The notes under the pieces are model-generated. The model had not been told where the DNA came from. It saw only the letters and a program-made list of their open reading frames with translations, and ran no database searches. The position numbers were made by a program, and so were the translations under genes. DNA of 64,000 bases from Vicugna vicugna (lineage: Eukaryota), in contig MU058844.1 of assembly GCA_013265495.1 (NCBI GenBank), forward strand, positions 5,579,260-5,643,259. The letters run 5' to 3'. This document shows, in pieces, positions 27,330 through 40,699 of this stretch; position 1 is the stretch's first letter, and each line of letters begins with the position of its first letter.

Positions 27330-28000
27330 TGTCTCGTTTCTAATCTCAGTTTAGTAACTTGCTTAACTGAGGTTAATTTCCTCATTTATAAAAATGGAAT
27401 AAATAGTATGCATAGTTTATAGTAAATAGTATGAACAGTGTGTATTTGCTATTGAGTAAATATTTACTAAATGGCCACTGCTGTTGTTGCTGTTATTATT
27501 TAAACTCATCAAAGAATGTAATCCCCTTTAAGTGATATGAAGTCTCTGTTTTTATTGCACTGTGGTTGGCACCTGTTGGATATACTATAAAGTCATCTGA
27601 GTGCTGGGCAATTTGTACTGCATGCAGTTACAAACTTATTCTTACCACATCATCACTTCCAGCACACGCTTCCAGAGATCAAGTTCTTCAATGTTTCCAT
27701 ATCATCTGTGAGTTAAATTCAAATCCTTTGCATAAAATTTAAACACTCTGTAGTCTGGCTTCAGCACATTGTTGATGTTCCCTGCTGAAACCAGCACTAG
27801 ATCCAAATGCATCTCTCATTCTTTATATGTCTTCCTTGTCATATCTTTTCTACCTTTTCCACAAAAAGGCGAATTACCTTGACATAGTTCCTAAATGATA
27901 GGGTGACAGAGTTTTTATTTTTCTGTCATCACAACCTAACACAATGTTTGAAACCTACGGAACACTCAAACTATATTTGTTGAATGAATGAATAAAATTT
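27330..28000 (+). mobile_element. MIR followed by an L2 3' fragment
   Basis: aatttcctcatttataaaaatggaataa (MIR). aaattcaaatccttt ... ctcaaactatatttgttgaatgaatgaataaa (L2 tail). Confidence 0.65.
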
Positions 28001-28659
28001 ATAGTTAGGTGCACCAGTAGTTGTCTATGTGAAGACTTCACTGAATAAATTAATAGTAAGATGTTAAAAAGGTGGAAGTAGGGCAGAAGGGAAGCAGAAT
28101 AGGGAACTTTAATAGCCTTCATGTTGTTCAATAGTTATTATCCATTAAAGAAGCTTAGTTCATCTCTTATGTATTGACTTTCTCACTATGATTTTTCTCA
28201 GCTATTCAGATCTGCTCTACTATAGTTCATTAACTCCGTGCACAATAGAGAACTCTGTCACTTCCAAAAATAATGTTTTCTTTGTGATGGCATTTTCCCC
28301 CATATAGTCAATATTTAGTCTAAAAATGCACAGAAATATTATACATTTCTTCTTTGATCTGCTCTGAGATACCCTTTATCCTCTTTTCCAAAGTCTAAAT
28401 AATTGACTTTTATGTGCATATATGGGGAAAAATAGAAATTCAACATGAGAGTATACAGTAAGAATGGTACAGATATAGCCTGGTCTGTTACACTTTCTGA
28501 TCTACAACACTCTGCAGTCATGATAAATGCTCACAGTAGGGTCAGTCACAGGCTGCTGTTTGAATCCTTAAAGCTGAGTCAGTTTGTTTAAGCAAAGTTT
28601 GAAGAATTGAGTGCATTTAGTTTAGAAATGTTACAGTGAAAATAAAAATGGGTTTGTAA

Positions 28660-28860
28660 TCAAACACATTCTAGATCTGTTTCCTTTTCAATCTTTGTAC
28701 TAATAGTTACTAATGTGAACGATGTTCTTAATATATCTTGGCCTCAGATTTCTCATCATTTATAAAGATATAACAAGGTTTGGTGTTTAGTTTTACTGTG
28801 AAAATTAAATGAGCTAACATATAGAAATAATGTTAACACTAGAGTTATATAAATAATCAC
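28660..28860 (+). mobile_element. MIR
   Basis: tcttggcctcagatttctcatcatttataaa ... gtgaaaattaaatgagctaac. Confidence 0.65.
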
Positions 28861-30059
28861 TGCCTTCTCTTGCCTTTTGTGGTAATTTTCTTATAATTGG
28901 TTATTCATATTAGATATATGTGTGTATTTCTGTGTATCTTTAATTTTGTTTATAATTCAATAACTTCCAAAATGGAATATGAGGTTGTTTAGTAATATAG
29001 CTATTCCATCATTTAAACTACATGTTTGTTGATCATCTACAATATGCAAATTGATGTGTTGGGTGTGATAAATCTAGTAACAGAAGAAAAATTTGGTACT
29101 AAATACAGGGCAGAGGAGGAGCTATAATAAGACGTTGCAGTTGATGCAAGCTACTGTAGTTGAATGTAAAATTGTCTGAAATACATGGCACGTCAGTTTA
29201 TCACATCTATTTGATTAAATGCAACACTCCATAGTCTAATTACTTTGTTTTGGATTGCTACTATGTAAGGAATTACCATATAAAAATATAGAATACTTCA
29301 CATAGACTTGGGCTATCTGGACATAGAAACTTTTAGAGCAGAAGTATGTCCTATTCTTTCAGTAGGTGAACTGCATAATTCATCATTTCTCTAATAATGT
29401 CATAAGAAACTGCCATTGTTTTTCATTTGTACTCTGTATCTAATATGTAACAGTAGAATATGTGATTTTAAAGTATTAGTTTTCTTAGAGATTAATTGCT
29501 TTTCTCCTCTTTAAGAAGAAGTAGGATACATATTATAGGATTAAGATACTCCAGGGTGTGTTTTATTGATCCACTAATACATGATTTGGGTGGTTAAAGC
29601 ACTTAGCCTTTAGGTTTGTAGCTCATAAGATACCCTAGGCATGAATAAATGGAAAAATAAAATGTACCCTGGAGTGTCTTGATGTCATATTAAAAATAAT
29701 AAAACACATGAACTGATATATTCTGAATTCAAATAAAGAAAAGGTTAGCTATACAAATATTCAAATACTCTGAATTGGATTAAATTGATACTTTAAAAAA
29801 GCTTAATAATATCGTTACATACATAAAATTTTATTCAACTCGACATATTTTGTTAAATTTGTTTTCTAAAAGTCATTTAATGGACTTGGAAAAAAAAAAT
29901 CTTGATCAACTTTGAAAAGCCCAAAAGCAAATGTTGAATACTTAAGTGCAGAGGTATTCTACAGAAACGTTTCTTTACATCTCCGCTTTCCAAAAGAATG
30001 TTTCTTTTATGATTTGTTACATTATTTAACTTCTAGGTCTTGTTCTCAATTCTGGGTTA

Positions 30060-31820
30060 ATTTATTTTTATTTAATTCACTTTAAAATGTATTGCACATT
30101 TTCAACATGACAAAACTGGGCCAGGAACTGTGCCAAGTACCGAGGACTGAGAGATGAATAAAATACATCCCCCACCTTTAATTATTCACAGTCAAGTAGA
30201 GAAAAACAACATGTAAGTAATTCCATACAAAGAGAAAAGTGCTATAATTCAGAGTCCTGTCTACTCCTGCCTTCGGGATAGAGGGAGGCTTTACAAATGA
30301 CACATAAAAAAAAAAAAACCCACAAAATAAAAGGATTTAAAAGTAAGGAGAAAGGCAGCAGTGGGGCTGATGAGGTGAGTCCCTATCACTGAATGAGAAA
30401 TGTTCTGTGACCTGCGCAGTTTTGAACTTCTCCCTAAAGGCAATAGAAGACTACCAAATGCTTTTTTTGTTGCTTTATTTTATTTATTTATTTATTTTTA
30501 CCATGGGAATCATAAGAGCAAATTTATCTTTCAGAAAGCTCCCTCTAGCAGCCATGTGGAAGATTGATTGTCCTGGAATGAGGCGACCAAAGTTTAAGTG
30601 AGAGATGGAGAGGGACCGAAAAGAGTGGGAAGGAAATGAAGAGCAGAATTTGAGAGAAATGTCTGCGTTGAAGCTTTCCCCCTTCCTAATAACTCCCAGG
30701 GACAGCAAGTCTTAGTGACTATGACGATCTAGGATGTTGGGGTAAAGTGCAAGAAGGAAAGGAAGAAGAATTTTGGAATATTTAGTCCTCTTTAGCTGGA
30801 GCAGTCACTAATACTAGTATCGAGGAGTAAACACCTTTTGCAATTTTATTATTTGCAAGTCTCAGTGTAAATTTTATTTCCTCCAGGAAATATTTCCCAA
30901 GTCAGCTGGTCTAAGATCCCAGTGTCTCTCTCTTTCTGTGTGTCTCTCTGTCTCTCTCTCTCTAAACCTTGCATACTTTTGTGAAGTCATTTTGATGTGC
31001 TATTGAAAGGGACTGCCCTCCCCACCCCCCAAAAGTAGTAAACTTTGAGAAAACAGGAGCCCTGTCTTATTTACCTTACTATTTCTAGGACTTAGCATAA
31101 TGCATTTCATAGGATATAGTCAAGCAGTACTACTGGAATAAATGTACTTGGGGAATTACGCATGCATATTGACTCAGAGAACTTTTGGAGATTAGATAGG
31201 AAAATATTTTTTAAAACCCCAGCACAAAACGCATACTGAGAAGCAGTAGAGCTTCTTTACTGAGTGAGGAGCCTCACTCATAGACATTTTGCCCTCAGTA
31301 CTCTGCTGCTCCCGCAATGATCTTTCAGCTCTGCAAATCTAGCTGGGTTATTTCCTTCGTTAGCACGCATCTACACTTCTCCATTACTTTCTAAAGGAGA
31401 TTCAACTCCCTTAGTGGAGAAACAAAGTCATTCAAGATCTGATAACTGCTTACATCTGGAAGTTCATTGGAGGTCACCACCAGCCAAGTTTTCACATACA
31501 ACATATGGTTCAATTATACTGAGTGCTTGCATTTTTCTTACGCATCATGTTTACTCACTCCTTGATATTTTGTACATGGTGCTTCCTCAAGCTGAAAATT
31601 TCTGTTTATCTTTCAAGTTTCAGTGCAAGTATCACCCCTGGTGGAAGAGTTCCCTATCACTCCCTGTCTGAATGAGATGTTCTGCTTTTTTTCCCCATAA
31701 TGTATCAATATCGTAACATCTAATACACCATATCATTACCTCTTGACACTTTTGACTGTGTAGTTCACCTCATTTTTAGCCCAGTTTAGTGTTACAGAGT
31801 TGACAATCACTTTTGAATGA
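30060..31820. mobile_element. Cluster of L2 fragments in both orientations
   Basis: Antisense L2 at ~30060-30800 (tgtgccaagtaccgaggactgagagatgaataaaa; tttcagaaagctccctctagcagccatgtggaagattg). Sense L2 tails at ~31040-31145 and ~31300-31820. Confidence 0.65.
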
Positions 31821-32419
31821 ACAGGAAACGAAGTTTCTTATTGATACCCTGCTTCAACTGCTTTCTAATAAATCACTTATTTATGTATCATTAAGCCACT
31901 CTTGTATTCTAAAAGAGAAGTAGTAAATCCAAAAAAATAGTGCACTGAATTTTTTTTTTGAGTTAGGACACAAAAATTAGAAAAGGAAGAAGAAACTATT
32001 CACTAAAACCTAAAACAATACCGATTAGGAATTTAGACCAGCAGAGATCAGAGAAAATTGTGCCAAATCTGTGTTTACAAAGTAAGTTAAACACCATAAA
32101 AGAATCTAACAGACGAAGAGTCAACTGAAGCTTAAAAAGAGATAGCTCTTTAAATTCAGCAGCAGACGTTTTATATTCATTTTTCAAATCAGCAAGGAAA
32201 AATACATTATGTAAGGTGAAACTACAGAAATGCATAAAATATTCTTTTATATTTTTTCAGTGTTGCTGGAAAGTGATAATATGTAACTTTATTTTACATA
32301 AGGTGAATTCTGAAGGAACAAGGCAAACATCAACTTATAGCAGAGAGGAGAAAAGAATGCTTTGGTCTTCGAACCATATCCGATTATTGTCCTGCCAACA
32401 TGATGCTCTTTTTCAATAG

Positions 32420-34620
32420 ACACCTCCCACTGATGCCACGAACATTTGAAAATATTGGATAAACTACCATAAACTAAATAGTAAATGCATAGTTGAGTGC
32501 AAAAGAAGACATGAGAGGGAATTCCCTAGGGGCCACAAAGAAGGAACTTGAGGCTAGATCAGTAACCCTTTGAACTGAATCAGTAGCATCTGGTAGCCAG
32601 GTATGATACCAGAATCAGATATACTTCCTGAATGAGCTGGGCGTTTAAAGTGCAGAATAGAAAGGAGAAATGGGCTTGTGATAGAAAGGACCTTGTAAAT
32701 GTACTGCAGGAAAGAAGCAAGGAAGTTTAACTGTCCTCAGGGATCTTTCTAGGAAAAACAAATCTGCTGTGAAAACCTGAAAAAACAAGTTCACAGCATT
32801 TTCTGGGCACAGAGTTCACATTTATATTACATATATGACGTAGAAATTTGAAGACAAGAGATCAGTAGCAAAAACAACAGAAAAATGAATAACAATGATG
32901 ACAAACTGGTCTTCATTTAGTGAAACCCCTGAAAGGCAGAAGGAAAGCAAATGAAAAAGGGATCTGAAGAGAGCCTCCCCTGTATGCCCCAAGTTCCTGC
33001 AACTGTGCAACATAATGATTCACACACACACACACACACACACACAAAATCCAAATCAAAGGAAAGAATGAGATTAAAATACAAATGAAGGACTATACCC
33101 TCTAAAACCATAGACAAGTTTGAAAGAGACTATAAAATCAGAACACATAAAATGGTTAAAGGAATAAAAGAAAAACTAAAACACATATAATGATGGAACA
33201 ATTTGGTTTGAAGAGAAAGGACATTTGCAAAATAATCAAGTAGAATTTTTGGCAATGACATATATAGTCAATAAAATAAAACCTTAATTGATAAGTTAAG
33301 CAGCAGATTAGACATATCTAAAAAGAGAGATCATTTAAATGTAGTTAAGATTTAAAAAAATTTTTTAAAATTCAGCCTAGAAGAATAAAGCACAAAAATA
33401 TGAATAAAAAAGTTAGGAGATACGGAAAATAGAATTAGAAGCACCAACATATGAGAAACAAATAATGTGTGAGAAGTAGTATTTAAAGTTATAATTCAGA
33501 GAGTTTCCCAGAACAGATGAAAGTCATAAATTGTCAGGTTGAAGAATCAAATATGATCTTGATCTCAAAGCAAAGATAACAAAACCACATCTAAACATGT
33601 AACTGCAAAACATGCAATATAAGTGAAAACTAGAAATGGCATACTGTTTACAAAGATATTAGAATTTTAGCAACAGCTGACTTCTTACGAGAAACAGAAT
33701 CCTTAAAATCCAGTATCTTCAAATGTATGTGGGAAAATGACTGTCAATCTGGAATTCTGTATCAAGAAGAGAATGGAGAGGGGAGAAGTTCTCTTTCCTT
33801 TAGGAGTTTACTGTATGGTGGAACAAAGTTAGGTAAGAGCACGGAGTGTTCTTCCCAGCTAAACTCTAAGCTCAGTGACGACAAGGACTATATTTGCCTA
33901 TTGTGTGTGCCCTTGTATCCACTGCAAGCACTGGAACTAGTGTATGTCTTATAGGTAGCAGATTCTCAGAAATAAGTACTGAAGAGAAGAGGGGACAGGA
34001 GACGAGAAAAGAAGAAGAGGAGGCCAAAATAAAGTTATTTTCAAAAAAAAAGTCCTAAAAATTACATCAAGACCCTCATTCAAAAACCAGATAAATTTGT
34101 ACTTTAATTGGAAACAGTTAACCCAGAAAGACAAAGATGAACACAAAAGCAATGATGAGCAAATAAATTAGTAAATTTTTTGGCTGCAAAATAAGAAAAA
34201 AAAGGAGCAATGAAAAGAAGCATACTGATTAATAGGAAGTTTATAAGCAAGTTGTCACTTTAATACCAACTTCTGTGAAATACGTGGTTCTTTTGGTTCT
34301 TTTGTTCTTGGAATGTGCTAATGCTGGGAGAGATACTGAAGTAGCTTTAGATATAGTTGAATACAATAAACAAATTGCAATTTAATGATCACTAAAATAA
34401 TAGAGAATTTATAATTTCCAAGTTAATAAAGGGAAAACACAAAAAGCAGACGACTTCAATAGAGAGGATTTTATAAAATGAAGAAAGAATGAAACCATGT
34501 TATATATGAGACAAAAAATAAAATAATAGATATGTTTACTTCATTTGTAATTAAAACAAATGTAAACAGCTTAAATGTAAATACAATAAGTTCACTGATT
34601 AATAGATTATGTAATTAATT
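32420..34620 (+). mobile_element. Ancient L1 5'/ORF1-region remnant (L1ME/L1M5-like), interrupted
   Basis: ORF1-like text aagcagcagattagacatatc, ggagatacggaaaatagaattagaag, cagctgacttctt, gggaaaatgactgtcaatctggaattctgtatc. Confidence 0.65.
33021..33046. repeat. (CA)n microsatellite
   Basis: Directly visible. Confidence 0.95.
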
Positions 34621-34649
34621 AGGGTAAACAAAAATAACTAGTTTTTTTT

Positions 34650-37600
34650 AATAAACCTGTGTGAGAGTTTTCCTCCCTGAGTTATATGCCAACATGTATG
34701 ATTTCTGGATCTCAGAATACATATGCACACTTCATGTTATTAAGTATTTCCTTTTGATGTCCAGATTGATTGCATAAATCTATACTGTCTTGTTCTTCAC
34801 AGTGCTTTTCCTTAGCCAACAATCTGGTGAGTGTAAAGTAGCATTTTATTGTTTTTATTTAAATTTTATAGATAAGCGATGAGGTTGGGACTCATATCTC
34901 ATACTCGTTAGCTAGGCAAGCGTTCTCTTCTGTGAACAGCATTAATATTTAACTAAGTCTTCTTTTATCTTTTTATTATTGATTTGTATGATTTTCTTGT
35001 ATATTTTAGCTATAATTTTATTGCCCATTTTAGACATTGCAAATTTTTTTCTTAATTTGCCACCTGTTATCTTTGTCTTTTGTAGAACACAATTCCTTAA
35101 TTTTGTTTTAGCAAATACTGGTAGTTCATATATTATGGTTTGAGGTTATTAATTCTTGTTTAAAAAGTTGCTCTACAACCAAGGTCATAAAAATATACTT
35201 TGCCATTATTTTTTATTAGCTTTGTGATGTTACTTTTAACACTTTTAAATATAATGTCAGCTGCAGCATTTTTATAGTTACTCTTTATTATTTTAAAGAA
35301 GTCCACTTCTATTCCTAGGTTGCTGAGAGATTAGTTTTTTAATGGATGTTGAATTGCCTCAAATTTATCTATTGATAGGCTTGTGTGTTTTTTCTCCTTT
35401 AGTGTATTAATAGGAATGTCTAGTTAATTGATTTTCAAATATTGACTCATTTTTGCATTCCTGGGTTATTGCTGGTCTAATGTGCTAAATTTTATAGATG
35501 ATTTTCACATCTATGTTGATGAGGTATATTGTTTTGTAGTTTTCCTTTGTTATAAATCTTTGTCTTGTTTTAATATCCAAGAAATGCTAGCCTCAAAAAA
35601 CAGACTGAGAAGTATTCCCTCTTATTTAATTTTCTGAAAGAGACTCTGTAGGGTTAGTATAATTTCTTTCTTAAATAGTTGTTAAAATGTGCCAGCCAAA
35701 TTATCTACCCCTGCAGTTTTCTTCAAACATGTTTACAAACTCAATTGATTTTATAAATACATGACTACTGAGGATAACTATTTCTTTTTGTATAAAATTT
35801 GATAGTTTTGTTTTTCAAGGAATTGGTCCATCTATTCAAAGTTACTGAATTTATAGATAAAATTATTAATAATCTTTCTTATTGTCCTTTTATCTTTTTA
35901 TTATACATTTAATGGCTGTGAGCTCTGCAGGGGTCTTCCTCTTTTCATTACTGATGTTGGTAATTTTTCTCTTTCTCTGTCTCTTTTTTTTTTTTTTCCC
36001 CTCTATGTCTCTTCTAATTGATCTGGAAAAAGCTTTATCAACATTATCAAAATGTGAAACTTTCAAAGAACCAACTTGTGGTTCTGCTGATTATATATAT
36101 TGTTTTACTGCTTTTACTTTTAGTGGTTTTAAACCTTACCTTTATGACTTTATTTATTCTTCTTGTGTTTGGTTTTATTTTTCTCTTTATTGTTTAGTTT
36201 TTTAATATGGAAGTTTCAGTTATTGATTTGCAACATATCTACTTTTCTAATATAAGCATTCAATGACATAAAATTTCCTCTGAACTCTATTTTAGCTGTG
36301 TCTCACACATTTTAATATGTTGAATTTTCTTTTTAATTCAGTTTAAAATAATTATCAATTACTCTTGAGATATCTTTTTGACCTCTATAAATTATTCCCA
36401 AGTGTGCAGCATTGGTGGTATAGTGAGCATAGCTGCCTTCCAAGTGTGTTGTTTAATGTTCAAATATTTTGCAATTTTTACAGATGTATTACTGTTACGT
36501 ATTTCTAGATTAACTCTATATCTGGAATGAAAGCACACTTCGTATAATTTTAATTCTTTTAAATTTGTTAATGTTTGTTTTGTTATCCAAAATATGATTT
36601 ATCTTTGTAAATGTTCCAGATACACATGATAATAATGTATAATCTGTAGTTGTTGAGTATGGTTTTAAATTAGATGATAATATTGGTCAGGTCTTCTATA
36701 TCCTGGATGATTTTCTGTGTATTTATTCTATTGATTCATATTTACAGGAATGTTGAAGTCTCTGGGTCAAATTGTGGGTTTTTCTATTTATCTTTTAGTT
36801 CTATCTGTGTTTTTCTTCATGAATGTTAAGCAGTCTTTAGGTTCACTCACATTTAGTATGGATATACCTGCTTGAAGAGTTCCCTTTTTTGTCTTTATGC
36901 AATTTGTTTTTGTCGTTGGTAGTTTTCTTTATTCAGAAACCTACTTCGGTTGATATTAACATAGTCACTACAGCTTTCTTTTGATTACTGTTACTACATT
37001 TAAAAAACTTGTTTATATAATTATATTTAAAGTGTGTTTCTTGTACGGTACATATCTGGGCCTTATTTTGTTGTTCTTACTGTTTTAATCCAATCTGACA
37101 ATAAGAATTTTCTTCTTATTTACATTTAATGTAGTTATTGATATGGTTGGATTTAGGTTTATCCTTTTATTGTTAGCTTCCTCTTTATCCTCTCTTTTTT
37201 TTTTTCTTTTGATGGTGATTCTCTAGTACCGCTTTTATGCTTTATCTTGAATTATGTGAATATTTCTAGTAATCCATTTTATTTTTCAACTTTCAGATAC
37301 ATATATTGGTGTGGGGTTGCTCTAGGAATTAAAGCATATGAACATAACTTTTACAATCTATATAAAATTAATATTTTCTTACTTCAAATAAAAGGCAGAT
37401 ACCTTACCACCACATAGGTCCCTTTATTTACTAATTCCCCTCCTGTATGGAGTAAGTATAATATGTATTATGTCTATGTACTTTGAAAATTTACTCACTT
37501 TTTTTTTTTGCTTTCAACACTCATGCATATTTTAAAGAATTTAGTGACAACATGTAATATTTTATTTACCTAACTATTCCTATTGATTTTCCATCAATTC

Positions 37601-39570
37601 CAAGGTTCTAGATTTTTCTGTTACCATTTCCCTTCTGTTTAAAGAATTTCCTATACCAATTGTTTGAGAGCAAGTCTATCAGCAAAAGAATCTGCTGGTT
37701 TTATTTTTTCTGTGAATGTTTTTAATCTGCTTTCATCCTTAAAGGATATTTTTGCTGTGTATAGAAATCTGTGTTCTTTTCTTTCAACACTTTTTAAAAA
37801 ATGCTGTTCTTCTGTCTTCTAATCTTGTGTAATATATTATTTATCTTCACCTGCCTAGAAGATTTTGTCTTTTTCTTTAGTTTTCAGCAGTTTAAGATGT
37901 GGCTGTATGTGGTTTTCTTTCTGTTTGTTTTATCTGAGTTTCTCTTAATTTCTTAAGTTTGTAAATTTATGTTCTTTACCAAATCTGGAAGATATGCAGC
38001 TTTTATTTCTTCAAACACTTTTTCTGTATTAATCTCTTTTTCCTTACTTTCTGGAACACCAGTGACATCTTGTGATACTGTGTCAGAGGTCCCTTGGATA
38101 CCTATATATGTTCAAACTTCATTCTCTCTTTTGTCCAAATTGGATAATTTCATTTACTCTATCTTCAAGTTCTCTGATTGTCTTCTCTGTAAATTCATTT
38201 CCAGTTAATATTTTAATTTGTGGTATTGTAATTTTAGGTCCAAAGTTTTCAATGGTTTCATCTTTATAACTTCTGTTTCTTTCTTGAGAACTTCTAACAT
38301 TCCACACATTTCAAGAGTTTTTTGTTTTCACAGAGACAATACTATAATAGCTGCTTTAAAATATTTATTGATGATACCAACATAAGTTATCTTGTCTTCT
38401 TTAATAGATGTCTCCTTGAGAGTTGTTAAAGTATACCTAGTTCCTTAATGTGTTGATTAATCTAGAGTTGTATGCTGGGTATTTTCAATATTATATGGGA
38501 CTCTGGGTCTTATTAAAATCCTCAGGAGAATTTTCTTTGTTTTATTTGTTTCAGCATTCAGTCAATCTGGTTAGGTTCAGACTGAATGCTATGAGCCAAC
38601 TTCTATTCGCTAGTATACCAATATCAGTATAGTTGCCAAAGCTTTGGCTGTCATATTCTGGTCCACAACACATGTCCACCAACCAGGGGCTAATCTGTCA
38701 CCTGAAAAAGTCATTTACTTTATATGATAAGTTCTCAAAGCTTTTAATGTGTTGATTCAGGTCATTTCCAAGCATGCACACTGTGAGGGTGAGCCATGGA
38801 CTTCATGTCCAGATTTAAAGAATTGCTTTCTCTAGCTTCATTTTTCTCAGTAACACCAGTGGCCTCAGTTCTGACATTTTTATTATTATGCCAGCATATT
38901 AGCATCACTAACTTCATAATGTCTACAACTGGGTTCAACTTGGAGCAAAGTAGCAAGAGAGAAAAAAAGGAAAGAAAGGGTATTCATCCCACGCTTTTCA
39001 TATGACAAGGGCCTCTTTCCTGTTTATCTGTTAGGAGAGTGGGTTTTTTGTTTGTTTTTTCCCTGAGAGTCTTAGGTGCTTGCAGGTCCACTGATGCCAC
39101 TGCCCACTGTCACCGCCATAGGAGGGTAGCTTCATGACTGGAACCTGGCTTGGGCCAGAGCTGGGAGAGAGAAAAAAATCAGAAGCATGAGCATTTCCTC
39201 CCATGTTCTCCATCCTGTAATGATCCCTCTTCCTCCACCAGCTTCCTAGTTTTCTGCACCAGAAAAAGACAGGTTTTCTTTCAGCTTTTGCTGCCTGCAC
39301 CTGCTGCACAATCTCAGGATTTAGGACGCTCTATTGTCTAAGCTACTAGAGATGGGAGAAAAAAAAAACCAGGGAACTCACCTCCATACATGTCCTTCAT
39401 CTGTGAGTTTAAATTTCCCTCTCATGCTGCTTGCTACTATTTATCTTTTCAGAGCCTAAAGATAGTTGTTTATTTATTCTGCCCAGGGTTTTTAATTTTA
39501 TCCAGTGAGAGGGATAGAGTGATATGTATGTACTCTGTCTTAGCCAATTCTAGAAGTCCTACCTTATATT
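34650..39570 (-). mobile_element. Old L1, antisense: 5' UTR, ORF1 and ORF2 fragments with internal deletions (may be two elements)
   Basis: ORF 38119-38307 contains EKTIRELEDRVNEIIQ (L1 ORF1 coiled coil). Antisense endonuclease-region text at 35500-36950 (ttcaaagaaccaactt; tctatatcctggatgattttctg). Confidence 0.8.
36409..36444 (+). pseudogene. Tailless retrocopy of the 5' half of tRNA-Gly(TCC)
   Basis: GCATTGGTGGTATAGT---GAGCATAGCTGCCTTCCAAG versus recalled tRNA-Gly-TCC GCGTTGGTGGTATAGTGGTGAGCATAGCTGCCTTCCAAG. Ends just after the anticodon loop. TSD ccaagtgtg at 36398-36406 and 36440-36448. No poly(A). Confidence 0.85.
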
Positions 39571-39790
39571 TTAAACAAATAATTGCTAGTATCTACTGTT
39601 TGGAGACAGGCATTGAAAGTGGGAGACCATTTAAGAGGCAATTATATTAATCCAGGTGAAAGATGTTGATAGCTCAATGGAAGTATTGGGGAGCAGATTG
39701 ATTCTGGATGCATTTCTAAGTAAAACCAGCAGAATTTCCTAACAAATTAATACAGAGTGTGAAAGGGAGTCTTAAAAAATATGAGAAACT
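39570..39790 (-). mobile_element. L2 fragment
   Basis: gggagaccatttaagaggcaattatattaatccaggtgaaagatgttgatag is an L2 antisense signature. Confidence 0.7.
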
Positions 39791-40699
39791 TCACTTTTGG
39801 CTCTGATGTCATATAAGAGTCCAACAAATACAGATAAAACACCTTGGGAAATGCTGGGTAAAATGAAAACCAAAAAAAAAAAAAGATGTTTATGAATGAA
39901 GACAAAGTAATCATGCATCCATGAAATAGAATGCTATGTGGTCATAAAAAGAAATAAAGATGATCAAATTTGTACTGATATGAACAGATTTCCAAGATAT
40001 ATTGTTAATTGGAAAAATCAATCTGCAATAGATTATGTATCATAAGCCATCATTATGTAAAAAATAGGAAAGTAATATATATATAGATATTTTTCTATGT
40101 AGGAAGAGAAAAACTGTCAGATTTTGGTGAAAGGGAGAATTTTTTCACTATATTCTTTTGCCATTGTTTGATCCAAGTGTATTCATTATTTACTCAAATT
40201 AAATTATTTTTAAAAAGGATGTCTAAGTTTTTTAATCTGATATTTAATCAACAGATATTCATCAAGAACGTGCCATGTTTAAGCCATGGTTTTAGGCATC
40301 AGTGCAAAAAAAGTTTGTCATTAACATTAAAGTGAACATCTCAATGCACAGAGCTGCATTTTCTTTTGATTAATTTTCTCAGAATTATCAGAAATGAAAT
40401 TATTGAGTGAAAATATTTGCATATTTATAGTTCCTGATAATTCTTTCAAAATTATCTTACTGGCATTAATTATGTTAGGATGATAGGATTATGTGTGATT
40501 TCATTTCAATTTTAGATTTTCATTTATTTTGTTACAATTGAGAAATGTATTCAACAATCTCTCCCCTACTTTGAGTCTCTAGGCAAGATTTTATTGTTCT
40601 TGGTTATTCTGTACATCATCTCTGCATCACAGTAGTTTTTGATCAAATACATGTACATTATAGCCTGGTTGACGGTAAGTTAGAAACTGACAAATAGGA

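Noticed and set aside
28339..28521. Additional minus-strand exon
   Set aside because: Acceptor and donor candidates are weak (aaaAG; GG|gtatct).
31996..32235. 79-aa ORF or coding exon
   Set aside because: No recognisable homology and no convincing acceptor/donor pair on the ORF strand.
36409..36444. Functional tRNA-Gly gene
   Set aside because: Only the 5' half is present; there is no B box, T arm or 3' acceptor strand.
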